A stretch of 62,841 nucleotides of DNA, filler included, from Octopus bimaculoides (lineage: Eukaryota): NCBI RefSeq assembly GCF_001194135.2. It is 9 parts of 8 records of this genome, joined end to end, with 100 filler letters (N's around TTAATTAATTAA, not from the genome) between each part and the next. Parts side by side here need not be neighbours in the genome. Positions count along the whole stretch, not along the records: positions 11,149 to 20,623 come from NC_069003.1; positions 20,724 to 33,677 come from NC_069006.1; 7 more parts are not named here. The stretch is one strand, 5' to 3'. The translations under genes were made by a program, and so were the position numbers. Numbering within the stretch: position 1 is the stretch's first letter; the number at the start of each line of letters is the position of its first letter. Under the pieces are notes generated by a model. The model was not told the origin of the DNA, searched no databases, and saw only the letters and a list, made by a program, of their open reading frames with translations. Positions 13,305 to 25,039 of this stretch are shown piece by piece.

Positions 13305-15549
13305 ACATAAAAGTTCTTGCAAACCATATCCAAAAACGAGATATAGATATAGATATAGATATATGTGTGTGTGTGTGTGTAAATATATATATATGTATAT
13401 ATATNNNNNNNNNNNNNNNNNNNNNNNNNNNNNNNNNNNNNNNNNNNNNNNNNNNNNNNNNNNNNNNNNNNNNNNNNNNNNNNNNNNNNNNNNNNNNNNN
13501 NNNNNNNNNNNNNNNNNNNNNNNNNNNNNNNNNNNNNNNNNNNNNNNNNNNNNNNNNNNNNNNNNNNNNNNNNNNNNNNNNNNNNNNNNNNNNNNNNNNN
13601 NNNNNNNNNNNNNNNNNNNNNNNNNNNNNNNNNNNNNNNNNNNNNNNNNNNNNNNNNNNNNNNNNNNNNNNNNNNNNNNNNNNNNNNNNNNNNNNNNNNN
13701 NNNNNNNNNNNNNNNNNNNNNNNNNNNNNNNNNNNNNNNNNNNNNNNNNNNNNNNNNNNNNNNNNNNNNNNNNNNNNNNNNNNNNNNNNNNNNNNNNNNN
13801 NNNNNNNNNNNNNNNNNNNNNNNNNNNNNNNNNNNNNNNNNNNNNNNNNNNNNNNNNNNNNNNNNNNNNNNNNNNNNNNNNNNNNNNNNNNNNNNNNNNN
13901 NNNNNNNNNATATATATATATATGGATGAGCTGGACGAAACTTCGAAGACATTGTCAACAACATGCTTGTACCAGAATAATAAATTTGTACTCTACAAAA
14001 GTATACATATATATATAATAATAATATAAATAATATATGAATATAAGCATATATACATACATATATGTACATACCTACATATACATGTATATATACATGC
14101 ATATATGGGTACAGGACATCAAAAAGCATGAGCAAAATGAGAAATGAGAACATAAAAACAGAAACATAGAAAACGAACTGTTTTCGAACAACTAAATAAA
14201 GAAACAAACAGAGAAACGAGGCAGGCGACATAAAGAACATTCCCTTCATCAGTTGTCCCCTGTTTTATCTACTTTGCGTTTCGAAGGAAGGGCCAACACG
14301 CGACTTCGTGAAAACAGTCCTTCCCGCAAAGCAAATTAAATAAAATTTGGGATTTTTTGCCGAGAGTGAAAGCGGTAACAAAAACAGGACAGTGAGAACA
14401 AAACAGTAAAAACAAACAGTGAGGGCTGTTAAGCCAATACGATGTGAAGTAGTGAACGCTGGAAAAACGAGCTTTGAGAAGAGACAGGCAAAAGCACGTC
14501 TTGTCTTTAGGAAGGAAGTGGAAGAAAGAAAGATGGACAGCCGTTGGTTACGTGTGAGCAACGAGAGTCAAAGAGGAAGAGTGAGAGGGAGTGAGAGAGA
14601 GAGAGCGAGGGAACGGTGTAGGGGAGAGGAGAAGAATAGGGAAAGGGTGGGAGAGAAAAACAGAAAGGAAGAAGAACAAGAGAGGGAGATAGATAGAAAG
14701 AAATGAGATAGAATAACAGTGCGCATCGTAATTATTAAGATAAAACTTACTTGGAAATGAATGCGTGGCGTTCGATGATATAATAATATAAATAATATAT
14801 AAATATATGTATATATANNNNNNNNNNNNNNNNNNNNNNNNNNNNNNNNNNNNNNNNNNNNNNNNNNNNNNNNNNNNNNNNNNNNNNNNNNNNNNNNNNN
14901 NNNNNNNNNNNNNNNNNNNNNNNNNNNNNNNNNNNNNNNNNNNNNNNNNNNNNNNNNNNNNNNNNNNNNNNNNNNNNNNNNNNNNNNNNNNNNNNNNNNN
15001 NNNNNNNNNNNNNNNNNNNNNNNNNNNNNNNNNNNNNNNNNNNNNNNNNNNNNNNNNNNNNNNNNNNNNNNNNNNNNNNNNNNNNNNNNNNNNNNNNNNN
15101 NNNNNNNNNNNNNNNNNNNNNNNNNNNNNNNNNNNNNNNNNNNNNNNNNNNNNNNNNNNNNNNNNNNNNNNNNNNNNNNNNNNNNNNNNNNNNNNNNNNN
15201 NNNNNNNNNNNNNNNNNNNNNNNNNNNNNNNNNNNNNNNNNNNNNNNNNNNNNNNNNNNNNNNNNNNNNNNNNNNNNNNNNNNNNNNNNNNNNNNNNNNN
15301 NNNNNNNNNNNNNNNNNNNNNNNNNNNNNNNNNNNNNNNNNNNNNNNNNNNNNNNNNNNNNNNNNNNNNNNNNNNNNNNNNNNNNNNNNNNNNNNNNNNN
15401 NNNNNNNNNNNNNNNNNNNNNNNNNNNNNNNNNNNNNNNNNNNNNNNNNNNNNNNNNNNNNNNNNNNNNNNNNNNNNNNNNNNNNNNNNNNNNNNNNNNN
15501 NNNNNNNNNNNNNNNNNNNNNNNNNNNNNNNNNNNNNNNNNNNNNNNNN

Positions 15550-15606
<57 letters not shown>

Positions 15607-16249
15607 TATAGACATATACTGATAGATATGACTATATACATTTATACACACACACTCACACATATGTGTTTGTATGTATGTGTGTTTATGTGTGTGCATA
15701 TATATATGCAAGTGTAAACGTGTGCGCATGCAAGTGCGTGCGCGCCCACATCTGTGGAGCGTGTACGGGCGTGATACCACTATCTTTTAATCTCTCCTCG
15801 CCTGTTTCTGCTGGAAGGCGCTCCTTCTCCAACACTAACCTTATCAGATTCAAATCTCCTCTCTCTCTCTCTTCCCCCCCTCTCTATCTCTCTCTTCCCT
15901 CTCTCTATCTCTCTCTATCTCTTTCTCTCCCTTCTCAATATGGCGTTGACGGATTTATTTAACAACTTTTAACCTTTCGTTCCGGACAGGAAACTCATTC
16001 TGTTCCCATTTCTGGATCATATTTCTGACTTTTTTTAATATTTATTTTCCCTTTTCTTTGTTTGTTTGCTAGTTTGCTTGTCTGTTTCTTCCTTCCTTCC
16101 TTCCTTCCTTCCTTCCTTCCTTCCTTCTTTCCTTTCTTCTTTCCTTCCTTTCTTTCTTTCTTTCTCTTTCATCCTCATTCTCTCTCCCCTTCTCCTTCTC
16201 CTTCTCTTCCTTCTTTCTATCTCTCCCTCTGAAGGTGGCTCAAGGGCCG

Positions 16250-16378
16250 GGAGTTTCATGTGTTCTGGCGCAGAGACCCTGGTGCAACTGAAGGAGAACA
16301 CCAATAGAGAAATCAGAGAAGTGAGTTCTAAATCTCTCGAGGGTGTTATGGTGCAAGTTTTGGAAAGAGCACGGGCAT
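16250..16378 (+). mobile_element. Possible Tc1/mariner-superfamily transposase C-terminal remnant
   Basis: ETLVQLKENTNREIREVSSKSLEGVMVQVLERARA resembles Tc1-like C-terminal helices; short and gap-truncated. Confidence 0.35.
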
Positions 16379-16757
16379 NNNNNNNNNNNNNNNNNNNNNN
16401 NNNNNNNNNNNNNNNNNNNNNNNNNNNNNNNNNNNNNNNNNNNNNNNNNNNNNNNNNNNNNNNNNNNNNNNNNNNNNNNNNNNNNNNNNNNNNNNNNNNN
16501 NNNNNNNNNNNNNNNNNNNNNNNNNNNNNNNNNNNNNNNNNNNNNNNNNNNNNNNNNNNNNNNNNNNNNNNNNNNNNNNNNNNNNNNNNNNNNNNNNNNN
16601 NNNNNNNNNNNNNNNNNNNNNNNNNNNNNNNNNNNNNNNNNNNNNNNNNNNNNNNNNNNNNNNNNNNNNNNNNNNNNNNNNNNNNNNNNNNNNNNNNNNN
16701 NNNNNNNNNNNNNNNNNNNNNNNNNNNNNNNNNNNNNNNNNNNNNNNNNNNNNNNNN

Positions 16758-16842
<85 letters not shown>

Positions 16843-17054
16843 GTTTCAAATGTTGTCACAAGGGCAACAATTTGGGGATGAGGGGATGAGTCGATTACAT
16901 CGAACCCCAGTGTTCCACTGGTACTTAATTTATCAACCCCGAAAGGATGAAAGCAAAGAAGTCCTCGGCAGAATTTGAACTCAGGTTGTAGCGATGGGTG
17001 AGGTACGTTAAGCATTTCGCCCGGCGTACTAACGAATTTGCCAGCACGCAGCCT
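16843..17054 (-). mobile_element. SINE family A inside an (AAT)n array
   Basis: Reverse complement of family A; (AAT)n on both sides. Confidence 0.85.
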
Positions 17055-17055
17055 C

Positions 17056-17120
<65 letters not shown>

Positions 17121-17145
17121 TAATAATAATAATAATAATAATAAA

Positions 17146-18021
17146 TTCCGAGCAAGAACAGCCAACGAGAGAGAAGAAACCCAACTCCGTATGGAATTAT
17201 ATGGTCAGCTCCACCGTGAAACCAACAAATTAAAAGACCAGGAAGCATCATGGAAGTGGATCAACAAGGGTGGCCTCTAAAAGAATACTGAAAGCCTAAT
17301 CATCGCGGCCCAGGACCAGGCATTAAATACCAACTCAGTGAAAAAGAATATATACCTCACAAGTGCATCGGGCCTCTGCAGAATGTGTGGGAAGAGAGTC
17401 GAAAGTATAACTCATATTGTTAGTGCTTGTAAAAGTCTTGCACAGAAAAAGTACAAGTGCAGACACGACAAAGTAGACCCCCCACCACCACTGGCTGCTA
17501 TGCCGTAAGTATGGATATGAGGTTACGGGTGCTTGGTACCAACATACGCCGGAAAAGGTCATGGACGAAAAGGGGAAGGCAAAAATTTCCCAACAGACAA
17601 AGTGTTAGAGCACCGAAGGCTGGATATAGTAACCTTTGAATGCCTAACAATCGACGTAGCAGTGCTAGGAGATCAACATACCATCATGAAAGAAAGAAAA
17701 AGTTAATAAATATGGAGACCTGAGAATTGAGATCGCTAAGATATGGCAGCTACGAGATTCGAGCATAAAGGTTATCCCTATTGTCACCGGAGCATTGAGT
17801 TCAATCTGTAAAAACATCTGAAAACCTTAGGGATACCCTACAATCTAGATCTATTGCAAAAGTCGGCATTACTTGGAACTGCACGCATATTGCGTAAAGT
17901 ACTGTCTGTCTGAGGTCCTTGTTGTGACTTGACAATCAGTACAAACCCCCGGTAGATACAATATCTTCAATCAACAACCTCACGATATTGGATACTGTGC
18001 GATGTCTATAATAATAATAAT
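17146..18021 (+). mobile_element. 5'-truncated REL-type LINE, degenerate
   Basis: NTESLIIAAQDQALNTN...CRMCGKRVESITHIVSAC (CCHC), KYGDLRIEIAKIW, LQKSALLGTARILRKVLSV*; preceded and followed by (AAT)n. Confidence 0.88.
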
Positions 18022-18325
18022 ATTTTTAAAGGATTGACGTAACACTTCACAAGGTAAACAGACAGGATGAAGAGCGCGATGCGATTGCCATATATATTTT
18101 ATTGGTTGAACGATATATCGACAGCAAGCTTGTCTTTGTCAAGTTCAAAATAAGAAGTGATAAAAATTCAAAATCATAAAAATTTAAAATTAAAGTATGA
18201 GCGAGAGTAATCAGCATCCACACTTTGATAGAATGACATCATCAGTGTTTAAGTTTCAATTTTATAACAGGTGAAAAGAAAAAGACAGAAAAAAAGAAGA
18301 AAGATAAAGGACAAAAGAATATTTA

Positions 18326-18935
18326 ATCAGACAGTTTTGTATAAATTTGATGATATTCTCCTGTCATCTTATTTATTCCTCCGGGGCGTGATGTTAATAA
18401 CCCGCAAACATATTTCTCCGCATGTATTCTGAGAAGTGTAAGTGAAGTAGATTCAGAATATTTTCTGAGAATATGCACTTTCAAGTCTTTTTCAAAATTA
18501 CAGCCGTTTGAAACAAAATGTTCAGCAAGTTCTGTCGAACTACTGTTATTGTGTCTGACGTCGAATCTGTGCCCATTAAACCTTTTGTTTATTTGTTTTG
18601 TTGTACAACCAACATAAATCGAGTTGTATTTCGTGCATTCTGCCGCGTTCACCAAATGGGAATCTCTACATGTCCCACCTTTTGTATGGGCTTACCACCC
18701 TTGTGGCTGTTTTTCAAGGTACAGCGTGCAGATACTCCAATGTTCGCTTTTTTGGAGTCAGAAATAGAGGTTAATAAATCTCTTACATTCTTATTCCACC
18801 GAAAGGCTACAATAGGCAGCTGAGGAAATATCTGTTTGAAACAAGGATATTTTTTCGCCACATGCTGGAAACTTTCATGCAACGCTTTGAAATCCCAGTG
18901 AAATTTCGGTGCGATCCATTACAAGGAATAAATAC
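18326..18935 (-). mobile_element. Penelope-like element remnant: linker + GIY-YIG endonuclease
   Basis: FKQIFPQLPIVAFRWNKNVRDLL (PLE linker motif), then after a frameshift VNAAEC...IYVGCTTKQINKRFNGHR...LAEHF...G.NK (GIY-YIG). Confidence 0.85.
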
Positions 18936-18962
18936 TATGAGGTATCTATCTATCTATCTATA

Positions 18963-19005
<43 letters not shown>

Positions 19006-19924
19006 GCATTTGCATATATATATATATATATATNNNNNNNNNNNNNNNNNNNNNNNNNNNNNNNNNNNNNNNNNNNNNNNNNNNNNNNNNNNNNNNNNNN
19101 NNNNNNNNNNNNNNNNNNNNNNNNNNNNNNNNNNNNNNNNNNNNNNNNNNNNNNNNNNNNNNNNNNNNNNNNNNNNNNNNNNNNNNNNNNNNNNNNNNNN
19201 NNNNNNNNNNNNNNNNNNNNNNNNNNNNNNNNNNNNNNNNNNNNNNNNNNNNNNNNNNNNNNNNNNNNNNNNNNNNNNNNNNNNNNNNNNNNNNNNNNNN
19301 NNNNNNNNNNNNNNNNNNNNNNNNNNNNNNNNNNNNNNNNNNNNNNNNNNNNNNNNNNNNNNNNNNNNNNNNNNNNNNNNNNNNNNNNNNNNNNNNNNNN
19401 NNNNNNNNNNNNNNNNNNNNNNNNNNNNNNNNNNNNNNNNNNNNNNNNNNNNNNNNNNNNNNNNNNNNNNNNNNNNNNNNNNNNNNNNNNNNNNNNNNNN
19501 NNNNNNNNNNNNNNNNNNNNNNNNNNNNNNNNNNNNNNNNNNNNNNNNNNNNNNNNNNNNNNNNNNNNNNNNNNNNNNNNNNNNNNNNNNNNNNNNNNNN
19601 NNNNNNNNNNNNNNNNNNNNNNNNNNNNNNNNNNNNNNNNNNNNNNNNNNNNNNNNNNNNNNNNNNNNNNNNNNNNNNNNNNNNNNNNNNNNNNNNNNNN
19701 NNNNNNNNNNNNNNNNNNNNNNNNNNNNNNNNNNNNNNNNNNNNNNNNNNNNNNNNNNNNNNNNNNNNNNNNNNNNNNNNNNNNNNNNNNNNNNNNNNNN
19801 NNNNNNNNNNNNNNNNNNNNNNNNNNNNNNNNNNNNNNNNNNNNNNNNNNNNNNNNNNNNNNNNNNNNNNNNNNNNNNNNNNNNNNNNNNNNNNNNNNNN
19901 NNNNNNNNNNNNNNNNNNNNNNNT

Positions 19925-20400
19925 GGGGAGGGTGTAAAGTCTTGACTGCATCAATTAATCGATCCACCAAAACCAGGGGTTTCAACGCCACTATAGAATC
20001 AATTCTTCTTTATGGATCAGAGTCATAAACCCTGACAGCTGCACCGACAAGGAAGTTAGAGGGTGACTACACACGTCTCTTGTGCACTGCCTTTAAAATC
20101 TCTAACCCTAACCTTAACCCTGATTGTCACACACAACTAATATAATCTCATGTGGGCATCTTGTGAAAATTTCAACTGTTATAAGATAGCGTCATCTAGA
20201 TCTTGTTGGACATGTAATGAGACAAAGAAAAGCTACTGCGACAGTTCTGTCACTCGTAGACGACGTGATCGCCCGAACCTGAGCCTCAAGAAAGTCTTTG
20301 AGAAAGGCGTTGGAATACATGGCAATGATTTGAGGAGCACGATGCAAGACCGCGATACAAGGTGGAACCTCATAGTGCCACCAATTGGTATTCGAGGATT
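19925..20400 (+). mobile_element. RTE-clade LINE 3' fragment
   Basis: TKTRGFNATIESILLYGSES*TLT...LEGDYTRLL and LRSTMQDRDTRW, typical of the RTE thumb/C-terminus. Confidence 0.7.
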
Positions 20401-20453
20401 TTAAAAAAATGTTTGCATGTATTTATATACATGTACATGCACGCACACGCGCG

Positions 20454-20504
<51 letters not shown>

Positions 20505-20507
20505 CTG

Positions 20508-20620
20508 TTCTGTGTTCAAATTCCGCTGACGTCTACTTTGCCTTTCATCCTTTCGGAGTTGCTAAAATAAGTACCAGTTGAACACTGGGTGGATGTAATA
20601 GACTTTAACCCCTCCTACGA
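20508..20620 (+). mobile_element. SINE family A fragment
   Basis: gttcaaattccgc...ctttgcctttcatcctttcgg...aagtaccagttg. Confidence 0.7.
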
Positions 20621-21266
20621 AATNNNNNNNNNNNNNNNNNNNNNNNNNNNNNNNNNNNNNNNNNNNNTTAATTAATTAANNNNNNNNNNNNNNNNNNNNN
20701 NNNNNNNNNNNNNNNNNNNNNNNTATATATATATATATATATATATGTATATACTTATATAAGTATATATGTATATATGTATGTATAGGGAGAAGGGAGG
20801 GACTTGTTTCCTTTCCATTCTCGGCTGCATGTTGTTTCATTCTCAAAGCTACAAAGTGCACACATGCACACATAGGCACATAAATACAAACACACACACA
20901 TACACAGAAGCAAACACACAAATACATACACGCAGAGCCATACACACACACACACGCAGATACAAGCACAAACACATGAATGCACACATGCAGAGACATA
21001 CACACACACAGAAATACAGATGCAAACACACAAATACAGATGCAGATGCAAACACACATTCACACACACACACACACACACAAACACACATGCACACATT
21101 CTCTCTCTCTCTCTCTCTCTTTCTCTCTTTGTCTCTCTCTCTGTCTTTTTCTCACTTCTCTGTCTCATATACACATCAATAATTTTACATGGATGTTTGT
21201 GCATGTGCACGAATGTACAACTTAGCAGATACACAGATATTTCAGAAAGTCTTATGTATATATATA

Positions 21267-21540
21267 CAGGGTGATCCAAAAAGATATATACACACATTCA
21301 ACTATTATAAAGCCATACATTTCCTTTCCCTTGAGGGCATGGACTATTCTTGGCATGTAATTTTTCTAACGACAGTGCTTCAAAATGTGATGGCTGCTTG
21401 ATGTAGAAATTCCTGTCTCTTGACTTGCTTACAGCACAGACTCTGTTGAACTCTGGCAAAATGTCTAGTGTACAATTTCTTGCTTTGTGGGGCTCCTTCG
21501 TATCCATGGTCTTTCAGAATATTTCTTGTAAACATTCTGA
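21267..21540 (-). mobile_element. Tc1/mariner-like 3' end
   Basis: TA-CAGGGTGATCC TIR-like end; minus strand ...FYIKQPSHFE resembles the G.HFE C-terminus. Confidence 0.4.
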
Positions 21541-21541
21541 A

Positions 21542-22003
21542 CAGGAGTGGGTGTGTGGTAAGTAGCTTGCTTACCAACCACATGGTTCTGGGTTCAGTCC
21601 CACTGCATGGCACCTTGGGTAAGTGTCTTCTACTATAGCCTCGGGCCGACCAAAGCCTTGTGAGTGGATTTGGTAGACGGAAACCGAAAGAAGCCCGTCA
21701 TATATATGTGTGTNNNNNNNNNNTATATATATATATATATATATATATTCATATATATATATATATGTATGTATGTATGTATGTGTGTGTATATGTTTGT
21801 GTGTCTGTGTTTGTCCCCCCAACATTGCTTGACAACCGATGCTAGTGTGTTAACGTCCCTGTAACTTAGCGGTTTGGCAAAAGAAACCAATAGAATAAGT
21901 ACTAGGCTTACAAAGAATAGGTCCTGGGGTCAATTAGCTTGACTAAAAAAGGCAGTGCTCCAGCATGGCCGCAGTCAAATGAGAGAAAAGAGTAAAAGAG
22001 TAA
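21542..22003 (+). mobile_element. tRNA-derived SINE family B (with internal microsatellite), full length
   Basis: Head ggagtgggtgtgtggtaagtagc...ggttcagtccc (A/B-box-like), central (TA)/(TG)n, 3' ...ccagcatggccgcagtc; at least six homologues in the window. Confidence 0.85.
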
Positions 22004-22276
22004 CTGTTCCATCCTCTTCGAACTCATCTCTAATTTGGATGATACTGAGTCATGGAGGTGGATCTGTTTAAAACTCCCTCCTGAACCCTCTTCTTTGCAT
22101 TTTCAAACTTCCAGTAGCCCTTTAGGACACATTTTTCTTGCATAAGGCTTAGTCTGGCTCCCTTCGTTAATTTTAATGAGTTAAATCTAAAATGAAATGA
22201 AAATTGAGTAATGAGTGGTTAAAGCGTGTATACAATTTTTTTTTTTTGGTACAGGGGTATTGTGCATGTGAATGGG

Positions 22277-22431
22277 CATCATCAGCATCATCATCGTCGT
22301 CGTTGTCACCGTCGTTTAATGTCTGCTTTCCATGCTGGCATGGGTTGGACGGTTTGACTGAGAACTGGCAAACCAGGAGGCTGCACCATGCTCCAATCTG
22401 ATCTGGCAAGGTTTCTACAACTGGATGCCCT
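22277..22431 (-). mobile_element. SINE family F (RTE-like (GAT)n tail), 3' fragment
   Basis: rc of ...caacccatgccagcatggaaagcagacattaaacgacg(atg)n; homologues at 22619 and 31502. Confidence 0.7.
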
Positions 22432-22615
22432 GGCGCAAGAGTGGTTGTGTGGTAAGTAGCTTGCTTACCAACCACATGGTTCCGGGTTCAGAGCCACTGC
22501 ATGGCACCTTGGGAAAGTGTCTTCTACTATAGCCTCAGGCCAGCCAAAGCCTTGTGAGTGGATTTGGTAGACAGAAACTGAAAGAAGCCCGTTGTGTGAG
22601 CGTGTGTGTGTGTGT
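22432..22615 (+). mobile_element. SINE family B, 5' half
   Basis: Same head as 21542. Confidence 0.8.
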
Positions 22616-22618
22616 GTC

Positions 22619-22935
22619 TCATCATCATCATCTTTTAATGTCCGCTTTCCGTGCTGGCATGGGTTGGATGGTTTGACTGAGAACTGGCAAGCCAGGAGGC
22701 TGCACCAGGCTCCGATCTGATTAGGCAAGGTTTCCACAGCTGGATGCCCTTCCCAATGCCAGCCACACCAAGAGTGTAGTGGGTGCTTTCTTATGTGTCA
22801 CCAGCACAGGAGCGAGTCAAGCAGCACTAGCATCAGCCATGCTCAAATTGTGCTTTTTATGTGCCACCAGCATGGGTGCCAGTTAGGTGACACTAGCATC
22901 AGCCATGTTCGAATGGTGCATTCTACGTGTCACAT
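22619..22935 (-). mobile_element. SINE family F, longer copy
   Basis: Same tail plus ggcattgggaagggcatccagctg core. Confidence 0.7.
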
Positions 22936-22944
22936 ACATACATG

Positions 22945-22945
22945 T

Positions 22946-22988
<43 letters not shown>

Positions 22989-23125
22989 TAGAGATAGATA
23001 GATCGATAGATAGATATAGAGATAGATAGATAGATAGATAGACAGATAGATAGATAGACAGATAGATAGATAGACAGATAGATAGATAGACAGATAGATA
23101 GATGGATGGATGGAGAGTTGGATGG
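22945..23125. repeat. (GATA)n/(GATG)n microsatellite
   Basis: Directly visible. Confidence 0.95.
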
Positions 23126-23268
23126 ATGAATACACACACACTCACACACACACATATACTGTTTGGTAAGGCTCCAAAAGTAGTATATACCAGTTTGAAA
23201 AATGGCGAAATAAATTACTATTTCAACGAGGAAACTCTGGGTAGGTGTATTTCACAAGGCTTATGTAC

Positions 23269-23311
<43 letters not shown>

Positions 23312-23492
23312 GCCACATAAAAGCACCCATTACACTCTCGGAGTGGTTGGTTTTATATATATATATATATATATATACAAACACACATTTATATTTAAAT
23401 AATAAGGGTCAAAAATTGAATATTAATTTGATTAATATCAATTCAAAACCAGTGGCCTAGCAATTTGAAATATATGAAGATTCAGAAAAATT

Positions 23493-23640
23493 GTATTACA
23501 TACATATAAGAGGGATGACCACTGGTGTTTGCTGAATTTTCTTGAGAACAATTTTTTCTTAGTGGTCAAACCAAAGGTGGTCTTCTTCTAGCCAAAGGGA
23601 TGTCCACTTAGTGGTCATCCCTCTTATATGTATGTAATAC
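23493..23640. mobile_element. 148-bp MITE-like element with 31-bp perfect terminal inverted repeats
   Basis: 23493-23523 gtattacatacatataagagggatgaccact is the exact reverse complement of 23610-23640. Confidence 0.7.
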
Positions 23641-23924
23641 ACACATTTATATATATATAGATGTATGTATATATATATATATATATATATNNNNNNNNNN
23701 NNNNNNNNNNNNNNNNNNNNNNNNNNNNNNNNNNNNNNNNNNNNNNNNNNNNNNNNNNNNNNNNNNNNNNNNNNNNNNNNNNNNNNNNNNCTTTCACTTT
23801 ATGCTGACATCAAACAAAATGTACATTTCCAGTTCAAAAACAGATAAAAAAATTTTACGGAATTTACCGCACGCTGTACCTTAACAGCTGATAGATCATT
23901 GACTCAAAACGAAGGATAGCCATA

Positions 23925-24143
23925 TATATATATACCGGAGTAAGCACATGAAATGTGCAACAAGGTGGAAAAAAGAGTACTCAAATACCAGAGGTAGAGT
24001 AATATGCTTTATTTAAAAGCAGCAGAAATATAACAAAAGAGTGTTACTCTGAGCTTCACGTTCCCGTTCATCGGACAGATGAACGGGAACGTGAAACTCA
24101 GAGTAACAGTTTTTTGTTATATTTCTGCTGCTTTTAAATAAAG
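23925..24143. mobile_element. Fold-back, Penelope pseudo-LTR-like element with a hammerhead-like motif at the fold
   Basis: 66-bp arms 24007-24072 / 24078-24143 (3 mismatches, 5-nt loop); composite motif ctgt-CCGATGA-acgggaacgt-GAAA-ctcagag-TA-acag. Confidence 0.6.
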
Positions 24144-24478
24144 TATATATATATATATATATATATATNNNNNNNNNNNNNNNNNNNNNNNNNNNNNNNN
24201 NNNNNNNNNNNNNNNNNNNNNNNNNNNNNNNNNNNNNNNNNNNNNNNNNNNNNNNNNNNNNNNNNNNNNNNNNNNNNNNNNNNNNNNNNNNNNNNNNNNN
24301 NNNNNNNNNNNNNNNNNNNNNNNNNNNNNNNNNNNNNNNNNNNNNNNNNNNNNNNNNNNNNNNNNNNNNNNNNNNNNNNNNNNNNNNNNNNNNNNNNNNN
24401 NNNNNNNNNNNNNNNNNNNNNNNNNNNNNNNNNNNNNNNNNGAATAAGTGGAGCAAGAGCACACACGAAAACGAAAAG

Positions 24479-24523
24479 TGTCGCTGAAGAAGTCACAGAG
24501 GTGTGGCGAAAGATTTCCGGACA
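24479..24523 (+). ncRNA. Minimal type-I hammerhead ribozyme candidate
   Basis: tgtcg-CTGAAGA-a-gtcac(agaggt)gtggc-GAAA-gatt-TC-cggaca; helix II pairs fully, helix I with one bulge; AATAAA ~45 nt downstream. Confidence 0.55.
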
Positions 24524-25039
24524 ATGGACATGAGTTAGAATATGAACAGTAATAAAAAAGTGAAGAACAAATATATAATGCGTGTGTTTATTTGCCAAAA
24601 ACAAAAACAAAAGATGACCGTCCCGACATACAAATATATATATATATATATTTATTTATTTATGTGTTTCAGCCAAGTGGCTGCGGTCATGCTGGTGACG
24701 GTCATTATATATATTTATTTATTTATTTATGTGTTTCAGCCAAGTGGCTGCGGTCATGCTGGTCATCAATTATATATATATATATAATTGATGAAGTACA
24801 TGAAGATGAAGGGAGAAAAAGAGGGAGAAGATAATGTTTCTGTATAAAGACAACACAGAAACCACAGCGACCATGCTGGAGAGTCAGTGAGGCGGGAGAA
24901 CGATTGAATGAAGCAGAAGAGAGAATGGCCACGACGACGACGATGACACACCTTAACAACGGGAGGAGGAGGAGGAGATAAACGCGCGCGCGCACGCACA
25001 CACTCACACATACATATGCACACAGACGGATACATGTAG

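Noticed and set aside
14230-14295. Minus-strand GAAAC...GTA...CTGATGA (type-II hammerhead order)
   Set aside because: Helices I and II do not pair convincingly.
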